Assembly: GCA_019058245.1 (NCBI GenBank)
Contig: JAHPZJ010000020.1
Coordinates: forward strand, 32,001-96,000
Origin: Promethearchaeota archaeon
Lineage (GTDB): Archaea; Asgardarchaeota; Lokiarchaeia; Sigyniarchaeales; SOKP01
Length of the DNA stretch: 64,000 bases
Direction: 5' to 3'
Under the pieces are notes generated by a model. The model saw nothing but the letters and a program-made list of their open reading frames with translations, was not told the DNA's origin and did no database searches. Positions 10,380 through 21,134 of this stretch are shown here, piece by piece (position 1 is the stretch's first letter; every line of letters starts with the position of its first letter). A program made the translations under genes and the position numbers.

Positions 10380-11417
10380 TTATGCAATACAGCTACTTGC
10401 ATCCCTTAATCTTTTTTCAGCATCATTTACGATCTCATCAATAATATTTTGAGCATTATTAATTGAATTAATTAAACCAATACTTTGACCCAAAAGAACA
10501 GCTCCATCAATTGTATTTCCCTCATAAGTCATTTCATAATGCTTTTGATCTTCCATTGCCATTTCAGGGGTAATTTGTGCTTCTAATGACATTTTTTCTT
10601 CTTTGCTGGATACAACACTATGATGCAAAGAATATTCATTTTTCCAGAGCCGAATTGGACCAAGAACTCCAGTAACCCATATAGTATCATCTGCTTTTGC
10701 TGAAGGTGTGATATTTTTATATTTATCATGGAATTCACTTTCATTTGAAGCGATAAATCTCGATCCCATAGCGATAGCACCAGCACCCATAGCTAGCGCT
10801 GAAGCTAAACCCTCTCCAGTAGCAAAACCACCACATGCTATTATCGGAACGTTTGAATGTTTTCGTGTAACTTGCTGTAATAGAACTAATGTACTGATTT
10901 TTTCATAACTCTGATGTCCTCCTCCTTCCCAACCAGTAGCAACAACTCCATCAACTCCCGATTCTATACATTTATCAGCAAGCCATAAAGCAGGAGCAAC
11001 ATGAAAATGCTTAATATTAGATCCGCTTTCCTTTAATTTTATATAGTTTTTAGTTTTTGGCAATGTTCTAGGGGAGCCAGCACTAGTTAATGCATACACA
11101 CATTGTTCCTTTATTTTTGGTTTATTCATAATAAATTCTGAAATCCCTCGACAGAGCCTTGGTGCATCAAGTTGCAATCTTGAAGTTCTTATATTAAATC
11201 CAAAAGGCTTATCTGTGTGTTCTACTACGTATTCCATATCCTTCTTCATTTCTTCTAGACTATTTTTTCCAAATAAATTTGTATGGCTTAGAACTCCCAA
11301 TCCACCAGCCTCTGAAACTGCTACTGTCAATTCTTTTGTGTAGAAAGGACCCATAGGTGCTGCAATAATTGGATGTTTGATGCCTAATAATTCAGTTATA
11401 TTTGTTCTTAATACCAT
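10380..11417 (-). CDS. Nitronate monooxygenase / FabK-like flavoprotein (paralog 1)
   Basis: HPIIAAPMG, AVSEAGGLG, EGGGH, IACGGF and MGSRFIAS motifs. Confidence 0.88.
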   Translation of the reverse strand: MVLRTNITELLGIKHPIIAAPMGPFYTKELTVAVSEAGGLGVLSHTNLFGKNSLEEMKKDMEYVVEHTDKPFGFNIRTSRLQLDAPRLCRGISEFIMNKPKIKEQCVYALTSAGSPRTLPKTKNYIKLKESGSNIKHFHVAPALWLADKCIESGVDGVVATGWEGGGHQSYEKISTLVLLQQVTRKHSNVPIIACGGFATGEGLASALAMGAGAIAMGSRFIASNESEFHDKYKNITPSAKADDTIWVTGVLGPIRLWKNEYSLHHSVVSSKEEKMSLEAQITPEMAMEDQKHYEMTYEGNTIDGAVLLGQSIGLINSINNAQNIIDEIVNDAEKRLRDASSCIA

Positions 11418-11813
11418 TTTCCTGTACTTTTCTAATTCTTATTAAATATATTTCTTACTTGTAATATTGATAAAGAAAAATAAGAAAATAATATAAAATT
11501 ATCAATTTCGAACCGATAATATAGAAAATTTTTTTTTGAAAAAATTTCTTACAACAATGTTTTAACGTTATTGAAAGAGATCTTTCAAGATTTATTTAAT
11601 TTTAATAATATTAGATTATTTAATATAGTTATATAAATTTAAAAAATTCCCAGATTAATAATCCAAAAGTTTATGGGATTTATTCGAAACGATATTAATA
11701 AATAGTAGAAAAATAACTTTAAATATTAGTTTCTTTTTGATTTTATAGAATAAGTATCAATAATTTAATCTTTTACAATAATTTATTAAATAAATAAAAA
11801 AATCTAAAGTACT

Positions 11814-12839
11814 CTAGATGAGGAGATAAAGTTTAATATTAAACTAGTTGTTTGTGGTGAAGGAAAAGTTGGGAAAACTTCAATAATAGATGCTTTTTTA
11901 GGTAATGAAGTTCCTGAACAATACTTACCAACAATCGGTAATGTCACTAATAAAAAAGAATATTTATTAAAGGAGAATGGTAAATCACTTAAAATTTTGA
12001 TATCGATATGGGATTTAGGTGGTCAAAGATCTTTCAATCCATTTAATCCTTCAATATATACTAATACAGATATTGCTATTTTAGTTTTTGATTTAACTAG
12101 ACCAGAAGAGACTTTAAAAAATTTAAAGAGAGAATTCTTAAAAAATTTAAATCAAAATTCTGAAGATTTCTTATTACTTTATGTTGGAAATAAAATAGAT
12201 CTACTTGAAAAAGATAATTCTTTAAAAATGGCAATTCAAGAGTTCTTTACTCAAAATGATCATCTAATGCTAACATCCGCCAAAACAGGAGAAAATGTTG
12301 CTGATTGTTTTGAATTGTTATTATCAACTTATTTAAGAAAAGAGGAAATTTTAAATCCAGATCTAATTCTTGATAATCCCTCTAGTGTGTTTCATAATCT
12401 CATTGGCAAGGATGAGGAGAAATTAAAAAATAAACTTATTAAAATAACTGAGATTGAGTCAGTCCTAGAAAAAATAAAACCGATACCAAAAACAGTAAAA
12501 GAAGAGAAAGTTATTGAGGAAGAAGCGAAGGAAGATAAAGAAGTAAAATATTATGAATTTCTTAGAAAAGAATTAGATCAAAATGAATTACAAAGATTAG
12601 AAGTACTAGATCGTTTTTTAATAAGTTTATCAGAATTAGATGATACAATAAAACATATTAAAAAATCAAAAACCACATCCGTGATTGGACTAATTGATGA
12701 TTTAAAGAAAATTTTAATAAATGCTAAGAAAGAATTTAAAAAGAATGCTAATTTAATGATAAAATTAAATTCAGAAGAATTTGAATTAATAAAGGTTATC
12801 TCCAAGTTTGATGAAGAACAATCTTTACTAAACCAATAA
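11814..12839 (+). CDS. Rab/Ras-like small GTPase with C-terminal coiled-coil extension; start codon non-canonical or uncertain
   Basis: The frame stays open upstream of the track's TTG back to TAA at 11805 and encodes LDEEIKFNIKLVVCGEGKVGKTS (G1) and PTIG (G2); WDLGGQ (G3), NKID (G4) and TSAK (G5) follow. Confidence 0.88.
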   Translation, partial: LDEEIKFNIKLVVCGEGKVGKTSIIDAFLGNEVPEQYLPTIGNVTNKKEYLLKENGKSLKILISIWDLGGQRSFNPFNPSIYTNTDIAILVFDLTRPEETLKNLKREFLKNLNQNSEDFLLLYVGNKIDLLEKDNSLKMAIQEFFTQNDHLMLTSAKTGENVADCFELLLSTYLRKEEILNPDLILDNPSSVFHNLIGKDEEKLKNKLIKITEIESVLEKIKPIPKTVKEEKVIEEEAKEDKEVKYYEFLRKELDQNELQRLEVLDRFLISLSELDDTIKHIKKSKTTSVIGLIDDLKKILINAKKEFKKNANLMIKLNSEEFELIKVISKFDEEQSLLNQ

Positions 12840-12897
12840 TAATCATGTGTTTAAAGGTTAAAACAAATAAAATTTAACAAACCATTATCATTACAAA

Positions 12898-13779
12898 GTG
12901 TATAAAATGCCCGAAGAAGTATCTCTAAAAGATTTTCAAAAATTAAAGGATCAATTTAATAAATTTGAACAAAAATTTAGTGATTTATTTAAAAAATCTG
13001 AACAAAAATCAACTGACCAATTTAATGATATTGAGAAGAAATTAACAGTTCAGGTTGATGATATAAAAAAATATTCAACCGAAAATATTAGCAAATTAGA
13101 ACAAAAAGTAAAGGACGATTATACATCATTAGCTCAAAATATAGATGATCTAGAAGAAAAAATAGATACAAAAATTGAAACTCTAGCAAATACGGTTGGA
13201 AAAGAATTAAATGAAAAGTTTGCAAGTTTAGAACTAAAAATTGAGGGAATCCATAAATTATTAAATTCCGAAATTGAAAAAAAAATCAAAAATATTGACC
13301 AACAATTGAATGTCTATGTAAGTAGTCTCAAAAGCGATTTAAAAACTATAAATGATGACCTAAAAAAAAATAAGGGAGAATTTTCTACTAGCTTAAAAAC
13401 TGTAAAAAAAGATATTAAAGCGAAGGAAGAAGGGCTTTCAGATATGATTAAAAGTTTTGATAAAAAAAATATAGAATTTAAGAAAGAGATTAAACCTGTT
13501 ATTGAAAACCTTAAAAGACAGCAAGATTTAGTCAAAATTACTGTTGATATACTGAAAAATCAGATTTATGAGAGTGCTAAAGAATGGATTAATGACGAAA
13601 TAAAATTAGCTTGTAAGGGTAAAGAAAAAGAAATTTTGATGAATTTATGGATTGATGAGATGAAAGAAATTATTGCAAACATAGATAAATTAAAGGAAAT
13701 GCATCCTAAAGAATTAAAACTTCATATAAATGAGATTTCAAGCACTATTGAATCATTTAAAGAGAAGTTTATAAAATAA
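12898..13779 (+). CDS. Long coiled-coil / helical-bundle protein
   Basis: K/E/D/L/I-rich heptad pattern throughout; no catalytic motif; directly follows the GTPase. Confidence 0.7.
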   Translation: MYKMPEEVSLKDFQKLKDQFNKFEQKFSDLFKKSEQKSTDQFNDIEKKLTVQVDDIKKYSTENISKLEQKVKDDYTSLAQNIDDLEEKIDTKIETLANTVGKELNEKFASLELKIEGIHKLLNSEIEKKIKNIDQQLNVYVSSLKSDLKTINDDLKKNKGEFSTSLKTVKKDIKAKEEGLSDMIKSFDKKNIEFKKEIKPVIENLKRQQDLVKITVDILKNQIYESAKEWINDEIKLACKGKEKEILMNLWIDEMKEIIANIDKLKEMHPKELKLHINEISSTIESFKEKFIK

Positions 13780-13891
13780 ATCTTTTTTTAACTTATTTTA
13801 ACAATAAGATAATTTTGAATACTAAGAAAATCTTTTTTAAACATTTAATTAGAACTTTTTAATTATAAAATAACTTGAAATAATTTCAAAA

Positions 13892-14878
13892 ATGTGTCCT
13901 GATATTATATCTTTAGGAGAGTTATTAGTTGATATAATACGCACCGAAAAAGATACACCCCATAAAGAAATTGGAGCAATTTATAGAGGTCCCTTTCCAA
14001 GTGGAGCACCAGCAAATTATGTTAATTCAGCAGCTCGAATGGGATCGACTTTTTCATTAAAAACGGGATTTATTGGAGTAATAGGAGATGACGAATTCGG
14101 AAAATGTATTATTGAAAAATTACAAAAGGATAATGTAGATATTTCTCAAATTAGAGTATTAAAAGGATTAACTACTGGAATTGCATTCAATCAATATAAT
14201 TCAGATGGTTCTCGTAAATTTATCTTTGCAAAGGGAGCAGCTGGAAAAATATCCCCTGAAGATATTAATATGGATTATATAAAGAATGCAAAAAATCTTC
14301 ATATTACAGGAAGTGCTCTTTACATTAGTAAAACATCCTGTAAAGCATGTTATAAAGCTGTAAATCTAGCAAAATCAATAAATCCAGATATAATAATCTC
14401 ATTTGATCCAAATTTAAGATTGGAAATGCTTAGTTTAGAAGAGATACTAAAAATCAGTAAACCTATTTTGGAAACTACAAGTATTTTACTTCCAAGTAAA
14501 GAAGAAGCTGAAATGCTTGCAGGAATTAATGATTTTAAAATTGCATGTCGTAAACTACTTGCAATGGGGCCTAAAATCATTATTTTAAAACAAGGAAGAG
14601 AGGGATGTACTATTTTCACCAAAGATAACCAAAAAGGATTAAAAGTCGAAAGTTTTAAAGTTATTGAAAGAGATCCTACTGGGGCTGGAGATGCTTTTGG
14701 GGGTGCATTCATTGTAGGTTTTTTAGCAGGTTGGGATTTGGAAAAAGCGGCTTTGTTTGCAAATGCAGTAGGCGCATTAAAAGTTGAAACTATTGGTCCA
14801 ATGCCTGATACTTCATATGAAGATGTAATAAATTTCATGAAAATAAAGAAAATTAAAGATGTCAATAAGTTCGGCTAA
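13892..14878 (+). CDS. PfkB-family carbohydrate kinase
   Basis: PSGAPAN, GVIGDDEFG, SFDPNLR and DPTGAGDAFGG signature. Confidence 0.93.
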   Translation: MCPDIISLGELLVDIIRTEKDTPHKEIGAIYRGPFPSGAPANYVNSAARMGSTFSLKTGFIGVIGDDEFGKCIIEKLQKDNVDISQIRVLKGLTTGIAFNQYNSDGSRKFIFAKGAAGKISPEDINMDYIKNAKNLHITGSALYISKTSCKACYKAVNLAKSINPDIIISFDPNLRLEMLSLEEILKISKPILETTSILLPSKEEAEMLAGINDFKIACRKLLAMGPKIIILKQGREGCTIFTKDNQKGLKVESFKVIERDPTGAGDAFGGAFIVGFLAGWDLEKAALFANAVGALKVETIGPMPDTSYEDVINFMKIKKIKDVNKFG

Positions 14879-15785
14879 GTCAATACAAAAAAGGACACTT
14901 GAATTCTGTCATAGCATAAAGGACTGGGAAATAAATATACGACTATTTGAAAGCATCAATAGATTTCTTAAAAAAGAATATAATTTGATACCAGATAAAG
15001 AACGTGTTGGTAAAGGTGTAAAATATATTTCTAATCACGTGGCTAAAGGTGTTTTTCAAAACTTATTCAATCAAGAAAAAATTGATAGAGAATTCATTAT
15101 TGAATTTATAGAAACTGGATTTAATTATGGAGAAAATATAGAAAGCCAAATAATTCAGCTTTTTGCATTACATATTATTGCTGAATTCATATCATTATTT
15201 CCTAATGATTTTGAGAAAATGCTTCCCTTAATAAAAAAATACGCTTGTCATAGAAATTGGATCGTTAGAGAGACAATCGCTGATTCAATATTAGCAGGCC
15301 TTAAAAAAAAGATGGATATTACTCTCAGTTTTTTAAATAAATGGGCTAAAAGCAGTAATGAAAATCTCAGAAGACTAGTCTCAGAAAGCCTTAGGCCCCA
15401 TTCTTCTATAAAATGGCTCAGAGATCCTACAAAAAATGATAAAATCTTAGATATTCTTACGATATTAAGAAGTGATCCATCTCTTTATGTAAGGAAATCT
15501 GTGGGAAATAATCTTAAAGATCTATCAAAATATATGCCTGAAAAAATCCTTAATTTATTAGAATCTTGGATAAAAAAAGCACAGATTATAGTTCATGATG
15601 AATTAGCATCTGAACTTGGGCTTAACCAGGTAGAAAAAAGATTAATATGGACAATGAAGCATGCGATGAGATGGATAAAAAATAAAAATCCAGAATATCA
15701 CTCCCACCTTGAAAAAATATTGGGGAAAAACTATATATTATTTTATGATGAAAAGAAAAATAGATTTGCAAAACCTATAAAATAA
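14859..15785 (+). CDS. HEAT-repeat DNA alkylation repair protein (AlkC/AlkD-like)
   Basis: WAKSSNENLRRLVSESLRP and LRSDPSLYVRKSVGNNLKDLSK, typical of AlkC-like HEAT repeats. Confidence 0.78.
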   Translation: MSISSAKSIQKRTLEFCHSIKDWEINIRLFESINRFLKKEYNLIPDKERVGKGVKYISNHVAKGVFQNLFNQEKIDREFIIEFIETGFNYGENIESQIIQLFALHIIAEFISLFPNDFEKMLPLIKKYACHRNWIVRETIADSILAGLKKKMDITLSFLNKWAKSSNENLRRLVSESLRPHSSIKWLRDPTKNDKILDILTILRSDPSLYVRKSVGNNLKDLSKYMPEKILNLLESWIKKAQIIVHDELASELGLNQVEKRLIWTMKHAMRWIKNKNPEYHSHLEKILGKNYILFYDEKKNRFAKPIK

Positions 15786-16092
15786 ATTAAAATGAGGAGA
15801 GACTAGAATGTCTGTTCAAACGCGAATCATTGATAAAGTTTAACCGATATCGTTCAATCCGGTCAAAAGACACAATAACCCTATGTTTGGAAACAAAATG
15901 ATTCAAAAAATTACAAATTACTACTGAAAACATTTTCATTTATAAAGTTATCCATTTATTTGGTCCTATTCCATAAAAAAAAAAGAGTAAATATTAACAT
16001 TTAAATATCTGAACTTTCTCTATTTCTTAAGAACCAAATATGATGAGCAAAATAATGTTTAATTATATCAACATCTATTTGAACAAAAAAAA

Positions 16093-16120
16093 TTTTGCAA
16101 TAAAATTAAATATTGCAAAA
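16093..16120. promoter_or_regulatory. Inverted repeat TTTTGCAATA-N8-TATTGCAAAA, candidate transcription-factor site
   Basis: Perfect 10-bp inverted repeat about 75 nt upstream of the 16196 start. Confidence 0.45.
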
Positions 16121-16195
16121 ATTAATTAAATTTTCATATTCTAATTCTATATGAGGTATAAATTATCATAATCTTATAATGATAAATCCAATATA

Positions 16196-17650
16196 ATGAC
16201 GAACGAATTTAAAGGAGAAGAAAAAGAAACAAAATCGGAAAAGGAAACTGATAGAGTAGATAAAGAATTCTTATCTAAAGCTAAGAATTCAAGAGATTTG
16301 ATTGATAAAACATTAAGAAAATTTGAGAATAGTATCGAAGATATATCAGAAACTATTACAAACGGAGAAATAGCAACAGAAAAAGAGATTGAAAAGAAAG
16401 CAAAAGAAAAATTTGACGAAGAGACAAAAGAAGCAAGAGAGAAGTTAGAAAATATTTTAAAAAAAATAGATGATAAAGAAAAATATTTAGCTGCAATTGA
16501 AGAGACTACTAAACAACTCGAGGAAAAATATAATCGAAAGACAGAAGAAATGACTAATTTAGAAGAAAGACTAACTATAACTAAAGAAAGCAAAGATAAT
16601 TTAGAAGAAGAATATATGGAGCTTTTAAAGAATAATGAACAATTAGTTAAGGCATATGAAACAAGGCAGGTTGACTTAATTGTACTTACAGATTCAATAA
16701 AAGAAAAAGTAGCAAATCAAGATGAATTACGTACTAAAATTTCAAAACACAATCAAGAAATCCAAGAGAAAGAAGATATCCTGGATAAAATAAGAGAAGA
16801 ATCGGAGGCATTAGAAAAAAAATTAAGAAGTCAAAGAGCTGAAAATGAAACTTTAAAAGTAAGTATTAGCAAAAATAAGATTGAATTAGAACATTCCAAT
16901 TCAGAAATTGAGGCAAAAGAAGAGGAAAAAAACCTATTAACTGAACAAGTTGATAAAAAGGAAAGAAGAATTAAAGAGATAGAATCAAAGCTCGAGGAAT
17001 ATAAAGAAGGTTTTCCTGAAATGGAAAAGCAAAGGGAAACGTATGAAGAACTTCTTTCTAAATATAAATTACAGCTATCAGACAAACAACAACAAATGAT
17101 AGAGATTGAATCTCGAATACAAGAATTGAATGATACAGCAAATTCATTAATAGAACAAATAATTTCAAAAGATAATTTGATTGAAGCAAATGAAAAAAGA
17201 TTTAATGATTTGAAACTGGATATAGAAACTTCAAATAGGGAATATCTTGAACGAGAAGGAAGATTAGAATCTTTAACTGAAAAATTGAAACATGTAGAAG
17301 CTGATCATGAAAAATTAAGTAAAGCAAAAGAAGCTATTGAAAACAGCACTAATGATTCTAGAGCGATTCTACAAAAACTCAAAATAGAATTAGAAAATCA
17401 AGAGAAGGAAATTCGAGATAAGGAAAGTAGAATTCATAGATTAGAGGTGTTATCAGCAATCTATAGAGCATCTAAATTTTTTGGTGGTATTTTAATTGGA
17501 ATTGGAATTTTTTTCATAATATGGTCTGTAGGGATATTTTATAGTTTTATTGATTTCGGTGATGCCACAGATTTTATAATGGGTTCATTATTATTAATAG
17601 GAGCCATCTTCTCAATTATCTCAGGCATTTTTCATTTGGAAAAGTCTTGA
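16196..17650 (+). CDS. Long coiled-coil protein with two C-terminal transmembrane helices
   Basis: About 420 aa of E/K-rich heptads followed by FFGGILIGIGIFFIIWSVGIF and FIMGSLLLIGAIFSIISGIF. Confidence 0.8.
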   Translation: MTNEFKGEEKETKSEKETDRVDKEFLSKAKNSRDLIDKTLRKFENSIEDISETITNGEIATEKEIEKKAKEKFDEETKEAREKLENILKKIDDKEKYLAAIEETTKQLEEKYNRKTEEMTNLEERLTITKESKDNLEEEYMELLKNNEQLVKAYETRQVDLIVLTDSIKEKVANQDELRTKISKHNQEIQEKEDILDKIREESEALEKKLRSQRAENETLKVSISKNKIELEHSNSEIEAKEEEKNLLTEQVDKKERRIKEIESKLEEYKEGFPEMEKQRETYEELLSKYKLQLSDKQQQMIEIESRIQELNDTANSLIEQIISKDNLIEANEKRFNDLKLDIETSNREYLEREGRLESLTEKLKHVEADHEKLSKAKEAIENSTNDSRAILQKLKIELENQEKEIRDKESRIHRLEVLSAIYRASKFFGGILIGIGIFFIIWSVGIFYSFIDFGDATDFIMGSLLLIGAIFSIISGIFHLEKS

Positions 17651-17713
17651 TTTTTCGCATTATTAACCCATCTTTCCATCCTTGAATCTTAAAATAAAAG
17701 TTATCTGTTAAAA

Positions 17714-19609
17714 TTGACTCAAAAAGAAGAAAAGACAGTTCTCCCTACTAGGACTGTAGGATTAATTATTGGGGTTGTTTATGGAATTGGTGTTGGTATT
17801 GGAGGTTCTATATTTATCCTTTTAGGAAGAGCAATCCACGCAGCTGAATCTGGTGTTTTAATAAGTCTTATTCTGGGTGGTATTTTAATTTTTATTACAG
17901 CTCTGAATTATAGTGAGTTATCAACTAGTTTACCAGTATCTGGGGGTGCTTATAATTTTAGCAAAGAAGCCCTAGGAGGATTCTTAGCTTTTATAATTGG
18001 TTTTTTTTTATGGATTGCAAATATTGCAACCTTTTCATTTTCTGCTCAAGCCTTTTTTGATATATTTGAAGCTTTTTTCCCCTTTGAGTATGTTCCAATT
18101 ATATCTATACTAATAACTATTACACTAATTCTTTTCACTGCTATTGTAGTGTTCAGAACTCATAAATTAGCTTTAAGAACACTTATAACACTAACAGTCA
18201 TCTTGTTAATAATCTTTGGAATTTTTATTTTTTCAGGACTTTTTATTGCTCCTATGAGTAATGTAACGGGATACGATCCAAGTTTTTTATTTTCTAATAT
18301 TAACGTTTTAGCTGTTATAATACAGTTTTCATCATTATTTATTTTTTTTACCAGTATTACTTCAAATATTGCCTACTTAAATGCAGATATAAAAAATCCA
18401 TCAAAAAATATCCCAAAAACTAACATTTTCGCTATTTTAATAACCTTACTCATTTATTTAGCCATAACAGTTGTAGTTCTTATTAATATTGGGTCTATAA
18501 AGGGGTCTGAAGATTCTCCTATTTTATTGGCAAAAGTAATGAATAATGTGTTAGGTTTTCCTGGATATATATTAATGGGAATAGCTGCAGCCATCTCAAC
18601 TTTTATTGCAATGAATGCAGCATTGGGTTCTGCAGCCGCAGTAATGTTTGCCTTAGCAAGAGATCATTATTTATCAAAAAAATTTTTAAAAGTAAGTAAA
18701 AAAACACAAGTTCCTACCTTAGTAATTATAATCACAACAGCAATAACTATTCTTTTTACAATTTTAGCTATTATGTTTGCAGACATTGGATTTACTGCTA
18801 ACATCACTACATTTATTTATTTTTTTGCATTGGCATTTGTTAATTTTGCTGCTGTAAGTCTAAGATATAAAAGAAAAGAACTAGATCGTCCTTTTAAAGC
18901 ACCATTCTTTCCTTATTTACCGGTTATAATTGGATCTACCTGTTTAATTTTAGCTTTTGTATTGAGTACAACAAATATCAATGCTGTATTTCTTGGTTTA
19001 ATTTTTCTATTAATAGGAGTTACGTATTATTTATTAACAATAGCCGATCGTAATTCTATTACTTTAACCTTAGCGGGTTTAAAATTTTTTGCTATAATTC
19101 TAATTGGTGTTTTTATTTGGGTAATAAATAATCTAAGTATTATAAGTTCCACTATAGATGGATTTACTTCTATTTTTTCTTATGTCTTATTACGAATATT
19201 GATATTTTTTTGTATTTTTACCCTAGGGACTATTTTTTTTGACGTTGTTCCACTCAAAGAAGTAATATATTTTTTTATAAAAAGAGTCACTAAAGCGGAA
19301 GTTGCGATTAATATTGGAATCGGGCAGATAATTGAGTTGAAAAAGAGTAAGGTTAGAATGATTTACTATATAAATAATATTATAGATATTATACAAATTT
19401 TTGGTTCAGTTTTTATTTTTACTATCATATCACTGATACCATTGGATATTATTTCAATAGAAAGTATTACTTTTGGAAACACTATTGTGTCTCAAAAGAC
19501 ATGTGAATTTATTTTTTTAGCGATTTTAGTTTTTCTCGCCACAATTCTTTTATTTAGCGGTTCTAATAGTTTATATTTAAATAGAGAAACTAAAACTCTT
19601 GGTCTTTAA
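17714..19609 (+). CDS. APC-family amino acid permease with extra C-terminal TM segments
   Basis: GIGGSIFIL, YSELSTSLPVSGGAY, KNPSKNIPK, LARD and RPFKAPFFP motifs. Confidence 0.88.
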   Translation: MTQKEEKTVLPTRTVGLIIGVVYGIGVGIGGSIFILLGRAIHAAESGVLISLILGGILIFITALNYSELSTSLPVSGGAYNFSKEALGGFLAFIIGFFLWIANIATFSFSAQAFFDIFEAFFPFEYVPIISILITITLILFTAIVVFRTHKLALRTLITLTVILLIIFGIFIFSGLFIAPMSNVTGYDPSFLFSNINVLAVIIQFSSLFIFFTSITSNIAYLNADIKNPSKNIPKTNIFAILITLLIYLAITVVVLINIGSIKGSEDSPILLAKVMNNVLGFPGYILMGIAAAISTFIAMNAALGSAAAVMFALARDHYLSKKFLKVSKKTQVPTLVIIITTAITILFTILAIMFADIGFTANITTFIYFFALAFVNFAAVSLRYKRKELDRPFKAPFFPYLPVIIGSTCLILAFVLSTTNINAVFLGLIFLLIGVTYYLLTIADRNSITLTLAGLKFFAIILIGVFIWVINNLSIISSTIDGFTSIFSYVLLRILIFFCIFTLGTIFFDVVPLKEVIYFFIKRVTKAEVAINIGIGQIIELKKSKVRMIYYINNIIDIIQIFGSVFIFTIISLIPLDIISIESITFGNTIVSQKTCEFIFLAILVFLATILLFSGSNSLYLNRETKTLGL

Positions 19610-19625
19610 AGGATTTAAATTTAAA

Positions 19626-20363
19626 ATGTATCTTTACCCAAAAATAAATCTCCATATTCATTCGAATTATTCTGATGGAAAACAAACAATCAATCAAATT
19701 GTTAAAAGAGCATTGAACTTAGGTTTAGATTATATTGCAATTACAGATCATTTTACTAACTCATGGAAATCTTGGGTCTCTACTCTAAGTAATCATGAAA
19801 TGATCTCGAACTATTTAGTAGAAATATCACAAACTCAAAGATATTTAAAAAAAAATGATAGACAATTGAAACTTCTAAAAGGAATTGAACTAGATTTAGG
19901 AAGTTCTGAACAATTCATTAAAAAATTTATTCAAATTGATAAATACGATTTAGTATTATTTGAATATCTTCAAAGTTATGAATCAATTGCGTTTTTGAAA
20001 AATATTATTAATTTTTGGAAAAAATCAATAGAAAATTTAAATAATTTTCCAATTTTGGGACTCGCACATTTTGATCCGTCTTTTTTTATTTCGGGAAATC
20101 TTGATACTTTTATGAATTTTCTGAAAGATTATTATATTTATTTTGAATTCAATTCTAGCTATCCTTCATTTTATTCTCCTCAATACATAATTTTTTTTGA
20201 AAAACTTAAAGAGTATAACATCCCAGTTGGAATTGGGTGTGATTCTCATAATCTTTCCAATTTAAATGATATTGAAGAACCATTTGAAATGATAGTTTAT
20301 TATAATCTTGAGAATAATCTTGATATTCTAATAAAAACTCTAAAGACTAAAAAATTAGTTTGA
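19626..20363 (+). CDS. PHP-domain phosphoesterase
   Basis: NLHIHSNYSDG, AITDH, GIE, AH and GCDSH; ATG at 19626 preferred over the track start at 19599. Confidence 0.88.
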   Translation: MYLYPKINLHIHSNYSDGKQTINQIVKRALNLGLDYIAITDHFTNSWKSWVSTLSNHEMISNYLVEISQTQRYLKKNDRQLKLLKGIELDLGSSEQFIKKFIQIDKYDLVLFEYLQSYESIAFLKNIINFWKKSIENLNNFPILGLAHFDPSFFISGNLDTFMNFLKDYYIYFEFNSSYPSFYSPQYIIFFEKLKEYNIPVGIGCDSHNLSNLNDIEEPFEMIVYYNLENNLDILIKTLKTKKLV

Positions 20364-20377
20364 ATTATGAATAACTC

Positions 20378-20779
20378 TTATCTATCATAATTATTTTTAT
20401 AAATATAATTAAGAAAAAGTTTGAAAGCCTTTTCAAAAGCAATATCAATAATTATCTCACTTTTGTCTTTTGGGTGATTTAACATAGTTTTCAGTATTTT
20501 ATTTTCAATAGAAAACATCTCTTTAATAGCATTCAGTCTTTTTCCAATAGGTAATTCTCTAACATATGCTATAGTCTTATTATTTCTAATTTGCCACTCT
20601 CTTATAGCATTCCAAGTTATGGCTTTTGTAATAGAATTTGAAAGCATTATATTTTGACTTAAAAATCTCGAGATTTCATTGATAATTTTGGTTTCTTCTA
20701 TTGTAGGTTTTACTTTTTCATATACTTCTTCAGTGTCCTTTAAAGCTTCTAAATTAAAATTAATATTATAAGATAACAT
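20378..20779 (-). CDS. Hypothetical protein
   Basis: 133-aa ORF preceded by GAGG; no recognised motif. Confidence 0.6.
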   Translation of the reverse strand: MLSYNINFNLEALKDTEEVYEKVKPTIEETKIINEISRFLSQNIMLSNSITKAITWNAIREWQIRNNKTIAYVRELPIGKRLNAIKEMFSIENKILKTMLNHPKDKSEIIIDIAFEKAFKLFLNYIYKNNYDR

Positions 20780-21134
20780 TGTCCTTAACCTCTGCTAAAT
20801 AAATTGAGATATCAAAAAATTCTTATATAACCTAATTATTGATCAAGAATATATAAGTTTTAATATTGCTTGATATCTTTATTGATACCTAATATATCTT
20901 GATTGAGTATCTAAAAATAATTTTATAAAATACATGTTTTTTCGGATTTGGAAAATAGGACACTCTCAAAATCTGGAGAATTATAAAAAAATTGAGATTT
21001 GATAATTGTAATTTCAGATTTATTTTTGCGAATTCAAGTATAAATTTTTCCCATTCATTAGAAATAAAGAATACGTTATTTTTATTCAGAAATTAGTTTG
21101 TATTATAAAAATCTTTTTAAATTTTTTTTTTTTA

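Noticed and set aside
15790-15975. GAGGAG followed by ATG and an 11-codon ORF MSVQTRIIDKV
   Set aside because: Probably a decayed gene start; no family recognisable and no evidence for a leader peptide.
16196-17650. Possible SMC/Rad50 call for the long coiled coil
   Set aside because: No Walker A/B, signature motif, hinge or hook; it has TM helices instead.
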